A stretch of DNA of 11,487 bases from Candidatus Woesearchaeota archaeon (lineage in GTDB: Archaea; Nanobdellota; Nanobdellia; Pacearchaeales; GW2011-AR1). The notes beneath the pieces were generated by a model, which was given only the letters and a program-made list of their open reading frames with translations, had not been told where the DNA came from and searched no databases. Made by a program: the position numbers and the translations under genes. Positions 6,253 to 11,487 of the stretch are shown here, one piece after another. Position 1 is the stretch's first letter, and each line of letters begins with the position of its first letter. Location: the NCBI GenBank assembly GCA_964623495.1, contig CAZUTV010000001.1:250449-261935 (forward strand). Direction: 5' to 3'.

Positions 6253-6645
6253 TTATCTTCGTCTATCTTTCCCTGTTCTTCCTCTTTCAGCATCTGCATT
6301 AAAGGCAGCCAGGTCATTTTCAAATTTGCTGGTTGTAGAAACTCTAATAGTTACGCCTTTAGGCCCTTGATGAATGATACTGGCCTGAAATGAACCATCT
6401 AAAAGTGCGTCTAAATGCTCATAAACGCCTTGTGGAGAAGTTTCTCTTTCAGCTTCTTGTTCACTATCTAAAACTAAAGCTTCAGAATAAACCAACCCAT
6501 TAAAAGAATATCTCCTAATAGTATTCCAACCCTGTCCATCAACATACCTTGGCTTATCAGAAGATGCTATGACTTCAATTCCTCTTTGAGCGTAAGCTCT
6601 GCTATGGACTTGATCTAAAAATTGTGCTTGTGTTACTTCACCCAT
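6253..6645 (-). CDS. Hypothetical protein (130 aa), lysine-poor and arginine-rich orphan
   Basis: The ORF fills the gap between fen and the polB promoter region. AAGATTTAAA ends 24 nt upstream of its ATG. 4 Lys against 12 Arg. Basic tail GRTGKDRRR. No motif recognised. Confidence 0.6.
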   Translation of the reverse strand: MGEVTQAQFLDQVHSRAYAQRGIEVIASSDKPRYVDGQGWNTIRRYSFNGLVYSEALVLDSEQEAERETSPQGVYEHLDALLDGSFQASIIHQGPKGVTIRVSTTSKFENDLAAFNADAERGRTGKDRRR

Positions 6646-6668
6646 AAAATCACCACTAAAAAGGGGTA

Positions 6669-6678
6669 TTTAAATCTT
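6669..6678 (-). promoter_or_regulatory. BRE/TATA (AAGATTTAAA) for the 130-aa ORF
   Basis: The motif ends at 6669, 24 nt before ATG 6645. Confidence 0.55.
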
Positions 6679-6709
6679 ATTGTTTACAAAAAACCTGAAA
6701 CTCTCAAAC

Positions 6710-6717
6710 TTTAAATA
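6710..6717 (+). promoter_or_regulatory. TATA box (TTTAAATA) for polB
   Basis: The TTTAAA hexamer ends at 6715, 24 nt before ATG 6739. Confidence 0.5.
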
Positions 6718-6738
6718 AGTTTATTCCTTGTTAAAAAT

Positions 6739-9222
6739 ATGAAAACAGAATTCCTCCCAATAGACTATGATTACTTTGATTTTGAAGGCAGAAATGTCGT
6801 AAAAATTGTTGGAAGAGATAGTAAAGGAAAAAGAATATGTGCTATAGACTCCTGTGACATCTATTTCTGGGCAATTTTAAAAGATGGGCTAAGCGAAAAC
6901 AAGATCAAATCCTTAATTGAAAAAATCTCTAAAATAAAAGTAAAGTCCGCAAACCGAGAAACTAAAGTGGAGAAAGTGGAATTGCATGATAAAAATTTTC
7001 TTGACAAGTCAGTAAAGGCCCTTAAGATTTTTGCAACAAACTACAAAGATTTACATGACATTGCAGATCATCTTGCACTCCCTGAAATTGAAAAAAGAAG
7101 AGGCTATGATATAAGTTTTATGACCCATTATATAATTGAAAAAAAATTAAACCCTTTGGCATGGTATGAAATAGAAGGCCAAGAAATCTCAAATTCGGAC
7201 GATTTTGGAGGCATAGGCAAAGCAATGGACGTAGATTACTGCATAAAACTTGAATCACATAAACAGATCAACGAAAAAGAATTTACTCCAAAAACACTTT
7301 GCTTTGATATTGAAGCAGATGACTTAAAGATAGGCAAAGGAGAAATACTAATGATATCGCTAGTTTCTGAAAACTTTAAGAAAGTAATAAGCTGGAAAAA
7401 CCACAAAATAAAGGCAGATTATATAGAGCACGTAAAAGACGAGTCTGAGTTAATAGAAAAATTCGTGGAATATGTTAAAAAGCTCTCCCCAGACTTCTTG
7501 GTTGGTTATTTTTCAGATGGCTTCGATCTTCCGTATCTTAAAGCAAGAGCAGAAGCCAATAAAGTAAAGCTTGCATTAAACCTTGACAATTCGCAACCGG
7601 TTTTTTCAAGGGGAGTAATGATGACTGCAAAAACAAAGGGACTTGTCCACTTGGATTTATTGAGATTTATAAGGACCGCCTATGCACAATATATGCAGTC
7701 AGAAACTCTCTCATTAAATGAAGTTGCAAGGGAGTTTCTAGGGGACGAAAAAAAGCCTTTCCAGTTTAAGCACTCATCAAAAATAAAAGATTCTGAATGG
7801 GAACAATATTTTGAATACAATTTGCACGACTCAAATCTTGTCTATCAGCTGTTTCAAAAATTTTGGCCAGATATTCTTACATTTTCAAGAGTAGTAAAGG
7901 AACCTCCTTCAGAACTTACAAGAGCAGGCCTGTCAAAGTACGTTGAAGGATACATCTTGCATAATTTAAGCAAGTTTAATGAAATTCCAGAGCGCAGACC
8001 AAAACACGAAGAACTTTCAAAAAGAAAATACCAAGGCCCTGTAGAGGGGGCATTTGTACTTGAGCCGAAGCCGGGTTTATATGAAAAAGTTGCTATTTTT
8101 GATTTTACCTCAATGCACACCAGCATAATAATCTCAATGAACATATCAAAGTCAACATTGCTCGAAAATGAACCTTTGAAAAAGGTTCCCAAACAAGAAC
8201 TAGAAAAAAACTCCAATACCATTGAAACAAAGATGGGAAAATTCTCTTTCACAAAAAAACCAGGATTCATTCCTTTGCTACTAAAGGAAATTTTTGAATT
8301 GAGAAAGAAAGCAAAAGCAGAATACAAGGAAAATCAAAATATCTTCACAAAAGCGAGAAGCAACGCATTCAAGGTTCTTTCAGCCTCTGTTCATGGGTAC
8401 ATAGCTTTTTTTGGAGCAAGATATTATTCAAAAGAGGCATCTTCATCCATCCTTGGTTATGTGAGAAAATTTAACCAAGAAACAATAAAAAACATCGAAA
8501 AAGAAGGCTACAAGGTTGTCTACGGAGACACAGATTCTATCTGCTTTGTCATGGGAGATAAAACAGAATCAGATGTAAAATTTCTCTTAGAAAAACTAAA
8601 TAAAAACCTCCCCGGGATAATGGAGCTTGAACTTGAAGATTTTTACGTGAGGGGTATATGGGTGACAACAAGAACAGGAAAATCTGGTGCAAAGAAGAAA
8701 TATGCCTTACTGGACAAAAAAGGAAAGTTAAAAATAAGAGGATTTGAAACAGTAAGAAGAGACTGGTGTGTGCTTGCTAGAAACTTACAGAACAAAGTAA
8801 TAAACCTCATCCTAGAAGATGGAGATGAAAAAAGAGCCTTGGAACATTTAAAAACAATAATAAAAAAAGTCAGGACAAGGAATATATCTAAAGAGGAGAT
8901 AATAATCAAATCACAGCTAAAAAAACCAATTTTAGAATACAAAGCAATTTCTCCCCATGTTATTGCTGCAAAAAAGATGCAGGAAAAAAATATCCCCCTC
9001 GGAATGGGAAGTCTTCTTGAATTTTACATCTCAGAAAGCAAAGAAAAAAAAGCGCTTGTCAGAGACAGAGTCAAGCTTCCAGATGAAAAAGGGGAATATG
9101 ATATAAACTACTACTTAAACCACCAAATTCTTCCGGCAGTAGAAAACATCTTCCAAGTTTTTAAGATAGACGTCAATGAGCTCATTGAAGGAAAAAAACA
9201 GAAGACCCTGGGGGACTTTTAA
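6739..9222 (+). CDS. polB: Family B DNA polymerase (archaeal PolB), intein-free
   Basis: Exo I FDIE (7303-7314), Exo II FSDGFDLPYL, Exo III YNLHDSNLVYQL. Motif A is DFTSMHTSII, motif B is KVLSASVHG, motif C is YGDTDS (8521-8538). Also KKKY, IRGFETVRRDW and a C-terminal PIP-like QKTLGDF. Confidence 0.95.
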   Translation: MKTEFLPIDYDYFDFEGRNVVKIVGRDSKGKRICAIDSCDIYFWAILKDGLSENKIKSLIEKISKIKVKSANRETKVEKVELHDKNFLDKSVKALKIFATNYKDLHDIADHLALPEIEKRRGYDISFMTHYIIEKKLNPLAWYEIEGQEISNSDDFGGIGKAMDVDYCIKLESHKQINEKEFTPKTLCFDIEADDLKIGKGEILMISLVSENFKKVISWKNHKIKADYIEHVKDESELIEKFVEYVKKLSPDFLVGYFSDGFDLPYLKARAEANKVKLALNLDNSQPVFSRGVMMTAKTKGLVHLDLLRFIRTAYAQYMQSETLSLNEVAREFLGDEKKPFQFKHSSKIKDSEWEQYFEYNLHDSNLVYQLFQKFWPDILTFSRVVKEPPSELTRAGLSKYVEGYILHNLSKFNEIPERRPKHEELSKRKYQGPVEGAFVLEPKPGLYEKVAIFDFTSMHTSIIISMNISKSTLLENEPLKKVPKQELEKNSNTIETKMGKFSFTKKPGFIPLLLKEIFELRKKAKAEYKENQNIFTKARSNAFKVLSASVHGYIAFFGARYYSKEASSSILGYVRKFNQETIKNIEKEGYKVVYGDTDSICFVMGDKTESDVKFLLEKLNKNLPGIMELELEDFYVRGIWVTTRTGKSGAKKKYALLDKKGKLKIRGFETVRRDWCVLARNLQNKVINLILEDGDEKRALEHLKTIIKKVRTRNISKEEIIIKSQLKKPILEYKAISPHVIAAKKMQEKNIPLGMGSLLEFYISESKEKKALVRDRVKLPDEKGEYDINYYLNHQILPAVENIFQVFKIDVNELIEGKKQKTLGDF

Positions 9223-9228
9223 ATTTCC

Positions 9229-9591
9229 TTAATGTCTTTTAGACAAATATATTCTTTCAAGATCAAATCTAAGATGCCTAACCAATTTGGGTTGCATTTC
9301 AATTATGATATCTACTAATTTTTCTATATCCTCTTCTAAACCTTTCTTAGGACATCTAGAAAACCAATTTCTGTCTAAACCATCATATTCCAACCCCAAA
9401 TGCAAGAGTTCATGAACATATGTTTTAAGTCTCTGATTCCAAGAAACATGACTGTTTATTTCAACTACATAATCGTCCTCTATTCTGCACAATGCACCAT
9501 AAATTGTTTTTCCCTTAAATCTAGAAAACTTCCTAAAAATAATTCTTCCCCTATGTTTCCGAAACAAAGAATATCCGTGATATATCCCCAT
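9229..9591 (-). CDS. Small putative zinc metallopeptidase-like protein (HExxH; zincin fold, subfamily unresolved)
   Basis: YVVEINSHVSWNQRLKTYVHELLHLGLEYD carries an HELLH motif (9400-9414). A preceding x-I-N strand is laid out as in the SprT, ImmA/IrrE and DUF45 families. The first ATG is at 9591; the ORF-track start at 9609 is a TTG that overlaps the TATA box. Confidence 0.6.
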   Translation of the reverse strand: MGIYHGYSLFRKHRGRIIFRKFSRFKGKTIYGALCRIEDDYVVEINSHVSWNQRLKTYVHELLHLGLEYDGLDRNWFSRCPKKGLEEDIEKLVDIIIEMQPKLVRHLRFDLERIYLSKRH

Positions 9592-9607
9592 AATCAAATT
9601 GGAATTC

Positions 9608-9619
9608 AAGATTTATAAA
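9608..9619. promoter_or_regulatory. Shared bidirectional promoter: AAGATTTATAAA with a palindromic TTTATAAA core
   Basis: On the plus strand AAGATTTATA ends at 9617, 24 nt before ATG 9641. On the minus strand TTTATA ends at 9614, 23 nt before ATG 9591. Confidence 0.5.
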
Positions 9620-9640
9620 GATGGTTGTTCTAAACCTATC

Positions 9641-10261
9641 ATGAAACTAAAATCCAAAGAATTGTTCCATGAACTAAAACATCACTTGCCCCTGGCCTTT
9701 TTAGCAGCATTAATTGGAATCATTATAGCCTTTTATTTAAAATCCAGTTTATTTAATTTCAATAAATTAGAAAGCTCGTTTGAAATCCTCCACGTCTTAC
9801 ATATTTTTGCTTCTGCAATAGTTTCTGGAGGATTATTTTACAGATACAAAAAGAACATTTACTATTCATTACTCGTCGGAACAATAAGCTCTGTTTTTGT
9901 GGGAAGTTTAAGCGATGTTCTTTTTCCATTTATTGGTGGGCTAGTATTCAATTTCAATATTAGTTTTCATTTCCCGTTGATAGAAACTCCTCTAGTAATC
10001 TTGTCTTCAGGATTAATAGGAAGCCTAATAGGAATAACGACAGGATTTACAAGGCTTCCACACTTTGGCCATGTTCTGGTCTCAAGTCTAGCTAGCCTAT
10101 TTTACTTGTTGACTTTTACAAGCACAATAACCCTAACCTTTCTAATTATTTCTCTCTTTATAACCATTATAGCAGTCATAATTCCGTGTTGTTTTAGCGA
10201 TATAATTCTTCCATTTTTGTTTCTCGGAGAAAAAATAAAGCACTGCAACTGCCAAGAATGA
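9641..10261 (+). CDS. Polytopic membrane protein with an internal duplication and His/Asp/Cys motifs (possible metal-ion transporter)
   Basis: About six hydrophobic helices. HVLHIFASAIVS...SLSDVLFPF is repeated as HFGHVLVSSLAS...CCFSDIILPF. C-terminal KHCNCQE. Start set at ATG 9641, because the upstream part of the ORF contains its own TATA box and overlaps the divergent gene. Confidence 0.7.
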   Translation: MKLKSKELFHELKHHLPLAFLAALIGIIIAFYLKSSLFNFNKLESSFEILHVLHIFASAIVSGGLFYRYKKNIYYSLLVGTISSVFVGSLSDVLFPFIGGLVFNFNISFHFPLIETPLVILSSGLIGSLIGITTGFTRLPHFGHVLVSSLASLFYLLTFTSTITLTFLIISLFITIIAVIIPCCFSDIILPFLFLGEKIKHCNCQE

Positions 10262-11226
10262 ACAACCATAAAAACAAAATTCAACTAAAGCCAGAATTCA
10301 TTGAAAGGATGAAAAAAATTCTTTCTGGTGAAGATTTTGAAAAATATACAAAAAGCCTTGAAACCCCTTCCCTAACCTCAATTAGATGTAACACATTAAA
10401 AATTTCTCCAGAAGAACTAAGGACAAGGTTGGAAAAAAATGGCTGGAAAATAAGCCAGCCCTGGAAAAATCATAAAGAGGTTTTTGTTGTTGAATCGGAA
10501 CTTCTTCCTGGCGAACTCGGGAGATCTTTAGAGCATCTCCTCGGTTATTACTATATACAAGACCTTGCCAGTATGCTTCCTGTTCTCGTTCTTGAGCCAA
10601 AACCAAATGAATTAACTCTAGATTTATGTGCATCCCCAGGAAGCAAAACAACCCAGATATCTGCAAGCATGGAAAATCAAGGCTCTGTAATTGCAAATGA
10701 AGTAAGTCTTGCAAGAATAAAAATTCTAGCTTCTAATCTTGAAAGGTGTGGCTGCGCAAACGCAGTCATAACAAAAAAAGAAGGAATTGCCTTATGTAAA
10801 AAACTTTCGGCCCAAGAAATAAAACTTGATAAAATTCTTGTTGATGCTCCGTGCTCTGGTGAAGGCACGTTAAGAAGTTCGCCAAAAACATCGATTATGT
10901 GGAATCCAAGAACAATAACAAGTCTTTCAAAATTACAAAAGCAAATGCTTGAGTCAGCATTGGAAATTCTAAAGCCAAATGGAACCCTAGTCTACTCAAC
11001 ATGCACTCATGCCCCAGAGGAGAACGAAGAAGTTTTGGATTATATCTTATCAAAGCATAATAACATAAAAATTGAATCAATCAACTTACCAATTAAAACC
11101 CGACCAGGGGTGGGCGAGTGGGAAGGCCAAACATTCAACCCAGAAGTAAAAAAATCCTGCAGGATATATCCTCAAGATGCGGGCACAGAAGGATTTTTTG
11201 TTGCAAAGTTGAGGAAAGTAAGATGA
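10258..11226 (+). CDS. NOL1/NOP2/Sun-family RNA (cytosine-C5)-methyltransferase
   Basis: GYYYIQDLASM, SAM motif I DLCASPGSKT, motif IV VDAPCSGEGT, motif VI VYSTCT (both catalytic Cys present), and GFFVAKL at the C-terminus. Its ATG overlaps the upstream stop (ATGA at 10258-10261). Confidence 0.9.
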   Translation: MNNHKNKIQLKPEFIERMKKILSGEDFEKYTKSLETPSLTSIRCNTLKISPEELRTRLEKNGWKISQPWKNHKEVFVVESELLPGELGRSLEHLLGYYYIQDLASMLPVLVLEPKPNELTLDLCASPGSKTTQISASMENQGSVIANEVSLARIKILASNLERCGCANAVITKKEGIALCKKLSAQEIKLDKILVDAPCSGEGTLRSSPKTSIMWNPRTITSLSKLQKQMLESALEILKPNGTLVYSTCTHAPEENEEVLDYILSKHNNIKIESINLPIKTRPGVGEWEGQTFNPEVKKSCRIYPQDAGTEGFFVAKLRKVR

Positions 11227-11487
11227 AAAATCAAAACGAAAAAATAAAATTCTTTATTCTAATAACGATACTTGTAGCAGGAACCCTTTTATTCTGGGAG
11301 CCTTTATACGATGCATTCTCTGAACAAGAAAAAATAAAAAAGACAGTAACTGAGGTTGGATTTCTTGGCCCAATCTTATTTACTTTATTAGCAATTCTTC
11401 AGGTCATCCTGGCACCGATTCCAGGCCAATTAACAGGAATTGCTGGAGGGTTTCTATTTGGCGCATTCTGGGGAACAGTATATAGCA
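11223..11487 (+). CDS. TVP38/TMEM64 (DedA-superfamily) membrane protein, 5' partial at the window edge
   Basis: My translation is MKNQNEKIKFFILITILVAGTLLFWEP...ILQVILAPIPGQLTGIAGGFLFGAFWGTVYS. The APIPG...AGG.LFG signature is present. GAGG lies 8 nt upstream. The ATG overlaps the upstream stop (ATGA at 11223-11226). The frame is open to the window end. Confidence 0.75.
   Translation, partial: MKNQNEKIKFFILITILVAGTLLFWEPLYDAFSEQEKIKKTVTEVGFLGPILFTLLAILQVILAPIPGQLTGIAGGFLFGAFWGTVYS

Noticed and set aside
7854-8327. Antisense or alternative-frame ORFs inside conserved genes: 816-1112, 1579-1761, 2015-2212, 2429-2680, 3739-3945, 5184-5510, 6063-6248, 7854-8327, 8643-8942, 9400-9618, 10102-10284, 10382-10714, 10677-10868 and 10895-11080
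   Set aside because: Each lies wholly or mostly within a gene that has strong family motifs on the other strand or in another frame. Their products are low-complexity and hydrophobic or Ser/Phe/Leu-rich, as expected when antisense to Lys/Glu-rich AT-biased coding sequence.
6739-9222. Inteins or a split gene in polB
   Set aside because: Motifs A, B and C and the exonuclease motifs are contiguous at normal spacing in a single 827-aa ORF, with no Cys/Ser-initiated insertion at the usual intein sites.
9599-9640. The longer start (MEFKIYKDGCSKPI) for the His/Cys-rich membrane protein, and the TTG starts at 9609 and 5120 for the minus-strand genes
   Set aside because: These extensions contain or overlap the genes' own BRE/TATA elements. 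ATGs at 9641, 9591 and 5111 sit at the recurrent spacing of 23 or 24 nt.
10259-10261. TGA stops occur only at the two ATGA gene junctions, raising the idea of stop-codon reassignment
   Set aside because: Both upstream proteins end at sensible family-typical C-termini (for example GFFVAKLRKVR). The downstream ATGs open recognisable proteins, and every other gene ends in TAA or TAG. The standard code explains everything.

Overview
AT-rich, very gene-dense archaeal chromosome segment. Archaeal FEN1, family B DNA polymerase, TTTAWA TATA boxes and mostly leaderless genes suggest a small-genome, DPANN-like archaeon (inference). I support 14 protein genes: a membrane-anchored thioredoxin-fold protein, a HerA/DUF87-type ATPase, a Trm5/Taw2-family tRNA methyltransferase, FEN1, PolB, a minimal HExxH protein, and a three-gene ATGA-coupled operon (His/Cys-rich membrane protein, NOL1/NOP2/Sun RNA m5C methyltransferase, partial TVP38/DedA protein). 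The rest are a signal-peptide membrane protein and four lysine-poor orphan ORFs. No rRNA, tRNA, CRISPR array, transposase or integrase was seen. The points most worth a second look are: (1) an orphan protein built almost entirely of 15-residue Gly-x-Gln repeats; (2) a PolB that keeps all catalytic carboxylates but has lost three conserved tyrosines, including the steric gate; (3) a partner-less, leadered, GTG-initiated HerA-like ATPase flanked by small orphans; (4) a TATA hexamer ending 24 nt before 7 of 11 start codons (21-26 nt for the rest), which resolves four ambiguous starts. I found no clear multi-gene novel system. All functional calls come from motif recognition by eye and need database confirmation.
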